A stretch of DNA of 61,087 bases, counting the filler. It is 3 parts of 3 records of this genome, joined end to end, with 100 filler letters (N's around TTAATTAATTAA, not from the genome) between each part and the next. Parts side by side here need not be neighbours in the genome. Positions count along the whole stretch, not along the records: positions 30,803 to 61,087 come from SRR20825006_2462; 2 more parts are not named here. One strand, given 5' to 3'. The position numbers and the translations under genes are program-made. A model generated the notes under the pieces. The model made no database searches. It worked only from the letters and a program-made list of their open reading frames with translations, and was not told the origin of the DNA. Shown in pieces: positions 38,635-48,133 of the stretch (positions are counted from its first letter, which is position 1; each line of letters starts with the position of its first letter).

Positions 38635-39444
38635 CTATTTTAAAACCTCTGTATTGTAGAAATTCGTGTATGCCTCTTCCGCTTCTTGAAGTGGAACGTA
38701 TGGCAAAACTGGTACGGAAAGATTGTCAATATGGCTTTTTAGGTCATCGGACAAATCATCCGCGGCTAAAATAACGGCATCGGAATGATCTACGGCAACC
38801 TTTAACAAATTATTATACTCGGGCTTGGACAGTACCGAAACCTCCTCTTTGTCAATACCATCAAAAGCAATTTTATCGATCATTGTAGCATCCAGCTCTC
38901 CTTCAAAATCTTTACCATAGACAGAAGTAACTATCCTACTTTCGGAGAACAATGGCTCATCTGCATAATACTTTCTTAGGTAAAGAGGCACCATGGAAGC
39001 CATCCAGCCATGCACATGGATAATATCCGGGGACCAGTTCAATTTTTTCACTGTCTCCACAACTCCCTTAGCAAAGAAAATGGCGCGTTCGTCATTATCA
39101 GGGAACAAATTCCCGTCAGAATCGGTAAAAGTGGCCTTTCTTTTAAAATATTCATCATTATCTATAAAGTAGACTTGTATTCTTTCCTTAGGTATGGAAG
39201 CTACCTTTATGATCAAGGGCATATCCATATCATTGATCACCAGGTTCATCCCCGATAAACGTATGACCTCATGTAATTGATGCCTCCTTTCGTTGATGTT
39301 TCCGTACCTTGGCATAAAAATGCGGATCTGGCCACCATTGCTGTTAACCATTCTTGGTGCTTCATACGACATTAAGGAAACAGGATTCTCTGGGAGGTAG
39401 GGAACTAATTCAGAAGATACAAACAATACCTTTTTACCATTCAT
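38635..39444 (-). CDS. Glycogen/starch synthase catalytic-domain protein (GT5 N-terminal)
   Basis: KKVLFVSSELVPYL, RIFMPRYGNINERRHQLHEVIRLSG and PDIIHVHGW. The start is placed at ATG 39444, downstream of the promoter motif. Confidence 0.88.
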   Translation of the reverse strand: MNGKKVLFVSSELVPYLPENPVSLMSYEAPRMVNSNGGQIRIFMPRYGNINERRHQLHEVIRLSGMNLVINDMDMPLIIKVASIPKERIQVYFIDNDEYFKRKATFTDSDGNLFPDNDERAIFFAKGVVETVKKLNWSPDIIHVHGWMASMVPLYLRKYYADEPLFSESRIVTSVYGKDFEGELDATMIDKIAFDGIDKEEVSVLSKPEYNNLLKVAVDHSDAVILAADDLSDDLKSHIDNLSVPVLPYVPLQEAEEAYTNFYNTEVLK

Positions 39445-39480
39445 AAACGCTTTCTTTTGTTTATCCGAAAAACATAGCTG

Positions 39481-39527
39481 CAAAAGTACAAAAATTATGC
39501 TGATTAGCTGTATTTATAGTATTTTTG
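39481..39527. promoter_or_regulatory. Divergent -7 promoter elements
   Basis: Minus TACTTTTG (39488-39481) and plus TATTTTTG (39520-39527) between divergent genes. Confidence 0.65.
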
Positions 39528-39546
39528 CACCCTTTTGTACCTGTAT

Positions 39547-40395
39547 ATGAAGATATTCGACCTTAAAAAAGAACTGAACGCCTTTACCAATGAGCAGCGA
39601 AAAAAAGACCGCACCATTGGTCTCGTACCCACCATGGGCGCGCTTCACACAGGTCATATCTCCTTGGTAAAAAAAGCACTTTTGGAAAATGATTTGGTCA
39701 TTGTCAGCATTTTTGTGAACCCCACCCAATTCGACAAAAAAGATGATCTAGATAAATATCCAAGAACATTCGAGAAAGATATTGAGCTTTTGAAGCATGT
39801 TTCGGACCAAATTGTGGTATTTGCCCCTACCGTGGAGGAAATTTATGGAGGTAATGTTACATCCGAATCCTATGAGTTCGATGGTTTGGACAAAGTAATG
39901 GAAGGTGAGTTCAGAACAGGCCATTTTGATGGTGTCGGCACTATCGTGGAGCTTTTGCTCAGGACCGTAGCTCCCGATAAAGCTTATTTTGGCGAAAAAG
40001 ATTTTCAGCAGTTGCAGATTATCCGAAAAATGTCCGAGATCAAGAATTTACCCTACACAATTGTTGGATGCCCCATTGAACGGGAACCGAATGGCTTGGC
40101 CATGAGCTCCCGCAACGAAAGACTATCAAAAAAAACCCGCGAAGAGGCTGGTTTTATTTATAGTATGCTACAATCTGCCAAAACAAAATTTGGCACGGAA
40201 AGTGCACTAGATATTGCAGATTGGGTAAAGTCAGAATTTGAACAACACCCTTTGTTTGACCTCGAATATTTTGAAATCGCTGACGAGAACACATTGACCC
40301 CAGCTTTAAAAATTCAGGACAACCAAAAATATAGGGCATTTATCGCCGTTTATGCAGACGGTGTTCGCTTAATTGATAATCTAAGATTGAATTGA
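39547..40395 (+). CDS. panC: Pantoate--beta-alanine ligase
   Basis: VPTMGALHTGH, SIFVNPTQF, FGEKDFQQ, GLAMSSRN and RLIDN. Confidence 0.98.
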   Translation: MKIFDLKKELNAFTNEQRKKDRTIGLVPTMGALHTGHISLVKKALLENDLVIVSIFVNPTQFDKKDDLDKYPRTFEKDIELLKHVSDQIVVFAPTVEEIYGGNVTSESYEFDGLDKVMEGEFRTGHFDGVGTIVELLLRTVAPDKAYFGEKDFQQLQIIRKMSEIKNLPYTIVGCPIEREPNGLAMSSRNERLSKKTREEAGFIYSMLQSAKTKFGTESALDIADWVKSEFEQHPLFDLEYFEIADENTLTPALKIQDNQKYRAFIAVYADGVRLIDNLRLN

Positions 40396-40407
40396 TAATT
40401 TTGCACC

Positions 40408-40758
40408 ATGCAAGTAGAAGTCGTAAAATCGAAAATACACCGAGTAAAAGTTACCGGGGCAGACCTTAACTATATAGGTAGCATCACCATAGACGAAGAT
40501 CTTATGGATGCCGCCAATATAATTAGGGGCGAAAAAGTGCAGATCGTAAACAACAACAACGGTGAGCGATTGGAAACTTATGCCATTCCAGGCCCTAGAA
40601 ATTCGGGGGAGCTGACCCTGAACGGTGCCGCTGCCAGAAAAGTGGCCGTGGGAGACGTGTTGATTCTGATCACCTACGCTTGGATGGATATCGAAGAGGC
40701 AAAAACATTTAATCCAGCATTGGTGTTCCCCAACGAGGAAACCAATCTACTAAAATAA
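40408..40758 (+). CDS. panD: Aspartate 1-decarboxylase
   Basis: [14 protein letters not shown] and LNGAAAR. Confidence 0.98.
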   Translation: MQVEVVKSKIHRVKVTGADLNYIGSITIDEDLMDAANIIRGEKVQIVNNNNGERLETYAIPGPRNSGELTLNGAAARKVAVGDVLILITYAWMDIEEAKTFNPALVFPNEETNLLK

Positions 40759-40761
40759 ATT

Positions 40762-41727
40762 TTGGGCAAATCCCTAAAAAAATTCCTTAAGATATTTGTG
40801 CCCATTGCCGTTGGGCTATTTTTGGTTTGGTACTCCTACAACTCCACCACGCCAGAAGAACGGAAACAAATCATCCACTATATTTCCAATGCCAGCCCAT
40901 TATGGGTCACGATTTCCATTTTAATTGGAATATTGAGCCACATTTCAAGGGCCATTCGTTGGAAATACCTTTTGGAACCTCTGGGATATCGTCCAAAAAC
41001 TGTCAACACCATATTTATTGTCCTCATTTCCTATTTTGCCAACTTGGGAATACCCCGTTCTGGCGAAATATTAAGGGCCACCGCACTCACCACCTATGAA
41101 AAGGTCCCTTTTGAAAAAGGTTTTGGAACCATTGTCACTGAAAGGGTGATAGACCTTTTGATGCTTCTGGCCATCATCACGATTACCTTGGTGCTTCAAA
41201 CCGATTTTATTCTAGGTTTTCTGGAAGAAAGAGGTGTGAATATCATAGGTGCCATCGGCATATTACTCGTTGGTATTGTCGGACTCTTTTTGGGGTCGTA
41301 CATCATCCGAAAATCCAAATCACCTTTGGCCATCAAACTCAAAGGATTTCTGAATGGTTTACAGGACGGCGTACTCAGCCTCTTCAAAATGAAGAACAAG
41401 TGGCCATTTATCTTCCACACTTTGTTTATCTGGGCCGCCTATTTTGGTATGTTCTGGGTCATAAAATACACCGTGGAAGAAACCATTCCCTTATCCCTTG
41501 GCGAATTGTTGGTCGCCTTTGTGGCCGGAGCCTTCGCCATGTCCACAACCAATGGCGGAATAGGTCTTTATCCTATTGCAGTAAGTGCTGCACTGGGCAT
41601 TTATGGCATCAGCTCCGTTTCCGGGGACGCTTTTGGGTGGATCATGTGGATCGCCCAGACGTTTATGGTCGTAGTTTTTGGTACAATATCCTTCCTAGTA
41701 TTACCGTTATTGAATAGAAATCGGTAA
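40762..41727 (+). CDS. Lysylphosphatidylglycerol synthase TM / flippase-like protein
   Basis: Multi-TM; RAIRW, NLGIPRSGEILR, GTIVTERVIDL and GGIG. Confidence 0.88.
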   Translation: MGKSLKKFLKIFVPIAVGLFLVWYSYNSTTPEERKQIIHYISNASPLWVTISILIGILSHISRAIRWKYLLEPLGYRPKTVNTIFIVLISYFANLGIPRSGEILRATALTTYEKVPFEKGFGTIVTERVIDLLMLLAIITITLVLQTDFILGFLEERGVNIIGAIGILLVGIVGLFLGSYIIRKSKSPLAIKLKGFLNGLQDGVLSLFKMKNKWPFIFHTLFIWAAYFGMFWVIKYTVEETIPLSLGELLVAFVAGAFAMSTTNGGIGLYPIAVSAALGIYGISSVSGDAFGWIMWIAQTFMVVVFGTISFLVLPLLNRNR

Positions 41728-41753
41728 GCCCCGACCGCCTAAATCTTAACCTA

Positions 41754-42896
41754 ATGAAAAAATGTCTATTTCTACTGATAGGCTTTACTTGCTTGAACCT
41801 GAGCGCTCAAGTAAAAAAGGAAATCTTTGAATCCTTTAAACTGCAGGAACGCCGGGATGTTTCCTACTATTTTCCTGAAGACTATTCCGATGAAAAAACA
41901 TATCCATTGATAGTTGTGTTGGACGCGGAATATTTGTTCGACCTTGTTGTGGCCAATGTAAAATTCCAAAGCAAGTTCGACCGCATGCCCGAAGCTATTG
42001 TAGTGGGCGTTGATCAACTAAAAAACGATTTGCGCTGGGAAGATTGTGACTATGACGAAGTATCCGGGCTACCCACCGAAAAAGGTAAAATGTTCTACGA
42101 ATTTTTGGGAACCGAACTTATTCCCTACTTAGCCACCACTTACAACATTGCACCTTTCAAAATGTTTGTCGGGTACGATATTACAGCCAATTTTGGCAAC
42201 TACTTTTTGTTCAAGGACCAATCCTTCTTTAACTCCTATATCAGCATTTCGCCTGTACTTGCCACCGAAATGGAAAGCAGGGTTCCCGCTCGTTTATCCG
42301 AGCTGGACCAAACCATTTTTTATAATTTGATTGTGGAAAAACAACCTACTGACGATAGACAACGTATCCTCCAAATGAACGCAAGCATCAAATCCATAAC
42401 CAAAGAATCCCTGCATTACTTTTTTGATGAATATGAAAATGCAGACCACACCTCCATTGCAGCCTATGGCATAAGCAAAGCATTTGACAATGTATTCAGT
42501 ATATACAGACCAATTACCCCTGCCGAATACAAATCCGATATATTGACATCGGAAGAACCAGTTTACAATTATTTAGAGAATCGTTACGAAACCATTGAAA
42601 ATCTGTTCGGTTTTGAAAAGCCGGTAGAGCTTAATGATATCATGGCCATTTATGCCGCCTGTCTGAAAAAACAGGACTATGAATCCCTAAAACCATTGGC
42701 AGAACTCTGCAAAAAACAATTCCCCGAAACCATGATGGGATTTTACTTTGAAGCAGAATATTACGAGTTTATCGGAGAACCCAAAAAAGCGTTCAAAACC
42801 TTTGAAAAAGCCTTCCAATTGGCAGAAATCGACTTTTTGACCAAGGATTTGGCCCTCGAAAAAATTGATGCGCTCAAGGCAGATTTCGGATACTAG
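41754..42896 (+). CDS. Putative esterase (alpha/beta hydrolase fold) with TPR-like C-terminus
   Basis: YPLIVVLDAE, MPEAIVVGV and ELIPYL. The nucleophile elbow reads GYDITA (no Ser), so it may be non-catalytic. Confidence 0.75.
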   Translation: MKKCLFLLIGFTCLNLSAQVKKEIFESFKLQERRDVSYYFPEDYSDEKTYPLIVVLDAEYLFDLVVANVKFQSKFDRMPEAIVVGVDQLKNDLRWEDCDYDEVSGLPTEKGKMFYEFLGTELIPYLATTYNIAPFKMFVGYDITANFGNYFLFKDQSFFNSYISISPVLATEMESRVPARLSELDQTIFYNLIVEKQPTDDRQRILQMNASIKSITKESLHYFFDEYENADHTSIAAYGISKAFDNVFSIYRPITPAEYKSDILTSEEPVYNYLENRYETIENLFGFEKPVELNDIMAIYAACLKKQDYESLKPLAELCKKQFPETMMGFYFEAEYYEFIGEPKKAFKTFEKAFQLAEIDFLTKDLALEKIDALKADFGY

Positions 42897-43030
42897 AACC
42901 TTGGATTGTTGGATTGATTCCATGTTTGGATTGACTTGACTAAAATCTATCGGTCCAAAAATCCAACAATCTAAAAAACCATGCAATCCACCATCTAAAT
43001 CCATATCTTTAGGCCCCTCATTTAGTTTGA

Positions 43031-44389
43031 ATGGCCAAGACCAAAACAGCATTTTTTTGTCAAAACTGTGGAACCCAATTCCCCAAGTGGATAGGGCAAT
43101 GTTCCTCCTGCAAGGAATGGAATACCATTGTGGAAGAAGTCGTCCAAAAAGAGGATAAAAAAAGTTGGAAAACCGATAAGGTTGCAAAACAAGCCAACAA
43201 ACCACTACGTGTTTCCGAGATTACCCAAGAAAAGGAACTCCGATTGGACACCATCGACCAAGAATTCAATCGGGTACTGGGCGGTGGGCTGGTGCCAGGG
43301 TCATTGACCTTGTTGGGCGGAGAACCAGGCATCGGAAAAAGTACGCTGTTGCTCCAGATTGCTTTGAAATTGCCCTATAAAATCCTGTATGTATCAGGAG
43401 AGGAAAGTCAACGGCAGATTAAAATGCGTGCGGACCGTATTCAACCCAACAGCGAAAACTGTTACATCCTAACCGAGACAAAAACACAAAATATTTTTCA
43501 GCAGGTTTCGACCATTGAGCCCGATTTGGTGGTCATTGACTCTATTCAGACCCTTCACACCGATTATATCGAATCAGCTGCCGGTAGCATTTCCCAAATT
43601 CGCGAATGCGCGGCGGAACTCATCAAATTTGCAAAAGAAAGTCACACACCTGTAATTCTGGTGGGACACATCACTAAAGATGGCACCATTGCTGGCCCCA
43701 AGATTTTGGAGCATATGGTGGACACCGTTCTTCAATTTGAAGGAGATCGCAACTATGTGTATCGTATTCTACGTTCTCTCAAAAACCGATTTGGTTCCAC
43801 TGCTGAACTGGGCATTTACGAAATGCAGGGAAGCGGGCTTCGCGAGGTGAACAACCCCTCCGAAGTACTGATTTCCAAAAACGATGAGGACCTCAGCGGT
43901 ACCGCGATTGCAGCCACCGTAGAAGGTATGCGTCCTTTGTTGATTGAGATTCAAGCTTTGGTAAGCACCGCCGTTTACGGCACGCCACAGCGTTCCGCCA
44001 CAGGATTCAATGCCAAAAGATTGAACATGCTCTTGGCCGTTCTGGAAAAACGCGCAGGTTTCAAGTTGGGTGCCAAGGATGTCTTCCTAAACATCACCGG
44101 CGGGATTTCCGTGGATGACCCCGCCATTGATTTGGCGGTTATGGCGGCCATTCTATCCAGCAACTCGGATATTGCCATAGAAAAAGGCATTTGTTTTGCC
44201 GCAGAAGTCGGCCTGGCAGGAGAAATCAGGCCTGTGCAACGTGTGGACCAACGTATCCTCGAAGCCGAAAAACTGGGCTTCTCCAAAATCTTCGTCTCCA
44301 AAAACAACAAAATCGGGTTAAAACAGTCTGGCATCCAGATTCAGAAGGTCTCCAAGATTGAAGATGTTGTAGCCCTTCTATTCGGATAA
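43031..44389 (+). CDS. radA: DNA repair protein RadA/Sms
   Basis: CQNC...CSSC zinc finger, GEPGIGKST and KNRFG. Confidence 0.98.
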   Translation: MAKTKTAFFCQNCGTQFPKWIGQCSSCKEWNTIVEEVVQKEDKKSWKTDKVAKQANKPLRVSEITQEKELRLDTIDQEFNRVLGGGLVPGSLTLLGGEPGIGKSTLLLQIALKLPYKILYVSGEESQRQIKMRADRIQPNSENCYILTETKTQNIFQQVSTIEPDLVVIDSIQTLHTDYIESAAGSISQIRECAAELIKFAKESHTPVILVGHITKDGTIAGPKILEHMVDTVLQFEGDRNYVYRILRSLKNRFGSTAELGIYEMQGSGLREVNNPSEVLISKNDEDLSGTAIAATVEGMRPLLIEIQALVSTAVYGTPQRSATGFNAKRLNMLLAVLEKRAGFKLGAKDVFLNITGGISVDDPAIDLAVMAAILSSNSDIAIEKGICFAAEVGLAGEIRPVQRVDQRILEAEKLGFSKIFVSKNNKIGLKQSGIQIQKVSKIEDVVALLFG

Positions 44390-44396
44390 TTGTTCT

Positions 44397-45437
44397 TTAA
44401 GGAGCTGGATTGGGTATGGCATTGTGGATTTCCTCAATACCTTCCAAAACTTCATCGGAAAGGTCTACATCTATACTTCCAATATTTTCCTTGAGTTGCT
44501 CCATACTGGTCGCCCCGATGATATTACTGGTCAAAAAAGGACGGGTATTCACAAAGGCCAAGGCCATTTGTGCCATGCTCAAACCATGCTCTTTTGCCAA
44601 TTGGGCGTACTGTTCGGTTGCTGCCACGGCGTTATCGTTGCTATACCGATTATAATTTGGGAACAAGGTCACCCTGGCCTTTCTCGGGGGAATCTCGGTA
44701 AGATATTTTCCACTCAATGTTCCGAATCCAAGGGGAGAATACGCCAAAAGCCCAATCTGTTCCCGCATGGAAATTTCGGAAAGTCCTACCTCGAACAAAC
44801 GGTTCAAGAGGTTATATGGATTTTGAATGGTCATCATTCTGGGCAAAGATTGATGGACCTTACTTTCTTCAAGATAACGCATGGTTCCCCAAGGGGTCTC
44901 ATTGGACAGTCCTACATGACGGATTTTGCCTTCGGCAATTAAATCGCGGAGTGTTTCCAAAACTTGGTGGATATTATCATCCCAAACATCGACCGCATGG
45001 GCATTGTATCCCCGCTGTCCAAAATAATTCGTGTTCCGCTCCGGCCAATGTAGCTGGTATAGATCAATATAATCCGTTTGCAAGCGCTTTAAACTGCCCT
45101 CAACCGCACTGATAATGGATTCCTTGCTAAAACCTGTACTGCGTATATGGTTTGCAGCATGTCCTGGTCCAGCAATTTTGGATGCCAACACTACTTTATC
45201 CCTGTTTCCTGTTTTTTTGAACCAGTTCCCGATAAGTTCCTCGGTTACCGCATACAGCTCCTTTTTTGCGGGAACTGGATAGAGTTCTGCGGTATCGAAA
45301 AAATTCACTCCTTCATCCAAGGCATAATCCATCTGTTCGTGAGCATCATCTTCATTGTTCTGACGTCCCCAGGTCATGGTGCCCAAGCAAATCTTGGATA
45401 TGCGGATATCGGTATGCGGAATTCTGGTATATTTCAT
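44397..45437 (-). CDS. NADP(H)-dependent aldo-keto reductase (Tas-like)
   Basis: CLGTMTWG, FDTAELYPVP, DLYQLHWPER and IQNPYNLLNR. Confidence 0.93.
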   Translation of the reverse strand: MKYTRIPHTDIRISKICLGTMTWGRQNNEDDAHEQMDYALDEGVNFFDTAELYPVPAKKELYAVTEELIGNWFKKTGNRDKVVLASKIAGPGHAANHIRSTGFSKESIISAVEGSLKRLQTDYIDLYQLHWPERNTNYFGQRGYNAHAVDVWDDNIHQVLETLRDLIAEGKIRHVGLSNETPWGTMRYLEESKVHQSLPRMMTIQNPYNLLNRLFEVGLSEISMREQIGLLAYSPLGFGTLSGKYLTEIPPRKARVTLFPNYNRYSNDNAVAATEQYAQLAKEHGLSMAQMALAFVNTRPFLTSNIIGATSMEQLKENIGSIDVDLSDEVLEGIEEIHNAIPNPAP

Positions 45438-45501
45438 TTTTTACAAGTTTAGGACGCTTAAAGATAGTCAAACGGAAATATCGGACATTATGCCATTGTT
45501 A

Positions 45502-46263
45502 TTAATCCACCTCCAACAAAATAGGGCAATGGTCACTATGTTTGGCTTCCGACAAGATCACGGACCGTTTCAACCTATCTGCCAGAGCTTCTGCCACCAT
45601 CCCATAATCCAAACGCCATCCCTTGTTATTGGCCCTTGCATTGGCCCTATAGCTCCACCAAGTATAGTTGTCCGGCTCTTTGTTGAAGTGTCTGAAGCTA
45701 TCAATAAAACCACTATCGATAAAACTTCCTATCCATTCCCGTTCCACAGGTAAAAATCCTGAAACGTTTTTATTTCGGACAGGGTCATGAATATCTATGG
45801 CTTCATGACAGATATTGTAATCTCCCAAAACAATCAAATTTGGACGCTCCTTTCTTAGCTGATCCGCATATTTCTGAAAATCCGCCATATACATCAACTT
45901 ATGGTCCAAACGCGCCAAATTGGTTCCGGAAGGCAAATACATGCTCATGATGGAAAGATCCCCATAATCGGCGCGAATGTTCCTTCCCTCAAAATCCATA
46001 TAATCGATTCCCGTTCCAAACTCCACATGGTCCGGCTGTTGCTTGCATAATAGGGCAACACCGCTGTATCCCTTTTTTTGGGCACTGAACCAATAGTGAT
46101 AGGGATAGCCCGCTTCTTCAAAAAGATGGGTGTCCACCTGTTCTTCCATGGCCTTTGTTTCCTGAAGACAAATAATATCCGGTGAAACTGTTTGTAACCA
46201 ATCCACGAAACCCTTGTTCATTGCGGCACGGATTCCATTAACATTGTATGATGCAATCTTCAT
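45502..46263 (-). CDS. xth: Exodeoxyribonuclease III
   Basis: SYNVNGIRA, CLQETK, GDYNICH, GWRLDY and SDHCP. Confidence 0.96.
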   Translation of the reverse strand: MKIASYNVNGIRAAMNKGFVDWLQTVSPDIICLQETKAMEEQVDTHLFEEAGYPYHYWFSAQKKGYSGVALLCKQQPDHVEFGTGIDYMDFEGRNIRADYGDLSIMSMYLPSGTNLARLDHKLMYMADFQKYADQLRKERPNLIVLGDYNICHEAIDIHDPVRNKNVSGFLPVEREWIGSFIDSGFIDSFRHFNKEPDNYTWWSYRANARANNKGWRLDYGMVAEALADRLKRSVILSEAKHSDHCPILLEVD

Positions 46264-46397
46264 TTGATTCAATTTGTTCAAAAATAGCTATTGTAGACGG
46301 CTCCCAAAAATTGATTTTTGCAATGGTATCATCAATCTAAAGAATCGCGGGCTCCATTCTTAAAGATTTCCCTTAATTTTAGGCAAAATTCATCCTC

Positions 46398-46958
46398 ATG
46401 ACCGCATTGGTATTAATCGATGTCCAAAAAGGGCTTCAAGAAACCTCCTTTTACGGCACGGAGCGAAACAATTTGGATGCTGAAAAAAATTGTGGGAAGT
46501 TATTGCGGTTTTTCAGAACAAAAAGTTTGCCCGTTTTTCATGTAAAGCATAATTCATCCAATATTGATTCACCCCTATATCCCAACAAAATAGGTAACGA
46601 TTTCCATCCCGAGGCACGCCCGTTGATCAGTGAACCGGTTTTTGAAAAAAATGTGAACAGCGCATTCATTGGAACAAATTTGGAAGTAAGTCTAAAAGCA
46701 AAGAACATAACAGATGTGGTAATTGCAGGACTGACTATTGAGCATTGTATTTCAACTTCGGTTCGAATGGCCTCCAACTTGGGTTTTAATGTAATTTTGG
46801 TCTCGGATGCGACCGCTGCTTTTGATAAAATAGGATATGATGGTAATGCCTATAGTGCCGAGGTAATTTTTCATTCGGAACTCGCCAACTTAAAAGATGA
46901 ATTCGCAACCATCATGGATACCGATACCTTGTTGGGCAAAATTGAACTTAACATTTAG
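46398..46958 (+). CDS. Isochorismatase-family cysteine hydrolase
   Basis: LIDVQ, KNVNSAF and EHCISTSVR. Confidence 0.92.
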   Translation: MTALVLIDVQKGLQETSFYGTERNNLDAEKNCGKLLRFFRTKSLPVFHVKHNSSNIDSPLYPNKIGNDFHPEARPLISEPVFEKNVNSAFIGTNLEVSLKAKNITDVVIAGLTIEHCISTSVRMASNLGFNVILVSDATAAFDKIGYDGNAYSAEVIFHSELANLKDEFATIMDTDTLLGKIELNI

Positions 46959-46996
46959 TCTCTATTTTTATAGCATTAAAAATCCCAGTAATCCAT

Positions 46997-48103
46997 ATGG
47001 CACGATCAGTCTTTTTCTTTTTGTCTTGTTTGTTTTTTGCAAGCACAGCCCTATTTGGCCAATCAGACCCTCTTAAAATTGGTATTGCGGGACTCACGCA
47101 CACCCACGTACATTCTATTTTAGGACGTAAAAATATTGGAGATATAAAAATTGTTGGCATTGCCGAGCCCAATCACGAGCTTGCCCAAAAATATATTGAT
47201 CAATATGGGCTTTCCATGGATCTGGTCTACAACAGTTTGGAAGAAATGATCTCTGCCACCCAGCCAGAGGCGGTGACCGCTTTTGGCAACATATATGATC
47301 ATCTGGAAGTAGTTCAAATCTGCGCACCAAAAGGAATACACGTAATGGTGGAAAAGCCTTTGGCCGTTAGTATGGAACATGCCAAAAAAATGAAAGACCT
47401 GGCCGAGGCACACAACATATATTTACTCACCAATTACGAAACCACATGGTACGCTACCAATCACAGGGCAAAAGACCTTTTGGACAATGGAAAAATTGGA
47501 GCACTACGAAAAGTGATTGTTCGTGATGGTCATCGAGGGCCAGTTAAAATTGGTGTGAACGAAGAGTTTCTGGAGTGGCTCCAAGATCCTATTCTGAATG
47601 GAGGAGGTGCCATAACGGACTTTGGTTGTTACGGAGCCAATTTGGTGACATGGCTCAAAAAAGGTGAAAGACCCAATACCGTTACCGCTGTGACACAACA
47701 AATGCAATCAGAAAATAATCCAAAAGTTGATGATGATGCGACCATCATCCTTACCTACGATGATTCACAAGCCATTTTGGAGCCTTCTTGGAACTGGCCC
47801 ATAGGAAGAAAAGATATGGAACTGTACGGGCTAACCGGAGCCATCTATGCGGACAACGACAAAGAACTAAGAATTCGTATGGCCGAAGGGTATGATGGTT
47901 TTCAAGAAGAGAAAATGACCCTTCCCAAAAGACCTGCTCCTTATACCGATGGATTCTCATTTTTGGCAGGCGTAGTGAACGGCTCTATCAATATGGCCCC
48001 ATTTGACCTTTCTTCTTTAGAAAACAATATGCTGGTTATTGAAATTTTGGATGCCGCTCGTGAAAGTGCTGAAAAAGGAGTTACCATCTTACTCGAAAAA
48101 TAA
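46997..48103 (+). CDS. Secreted Gfo/Idh/MocA oxidoreductase
   Basis: Signal peptide; HVMVEKPLA and GGGAITDFGCYG. Confidence 0.9.
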   Translation: MARSVFFFLSCLFFASTALFGQSDPLKIGIAGLTHTHVHSILGRKNIGDIKIVGIAEPNHELAQKYIDQYGLSMDLVYNSLEEMISATQPEAVTAFGNIYDHLEVVQICAPKGIHVMVEKPLAVSMEHAKKMKDLAEAHNIYLLTNYETTWYATNHRAKDLLDNGKIGALRKVIVRDGHRGPVKIGVNEEFLEWLQDPILNGGGAITDFGCYGANLVTWLKKGERPNTVTAVTQQMQSENNPKVDDDATIILTYDDSQAILEPSWNWPIGRKDMELYGLTGAIYADNDKELRIRMAEGYDGFQEEKMTLPKRPAPYTDGFSFLAGVVNGSINMAPFDLSSLENNMLVIEILDAARESAEKGVTILLEK

Positions 48104-48133
48104 TCTATTTTGCTAACGATTCCACTAAATTCT

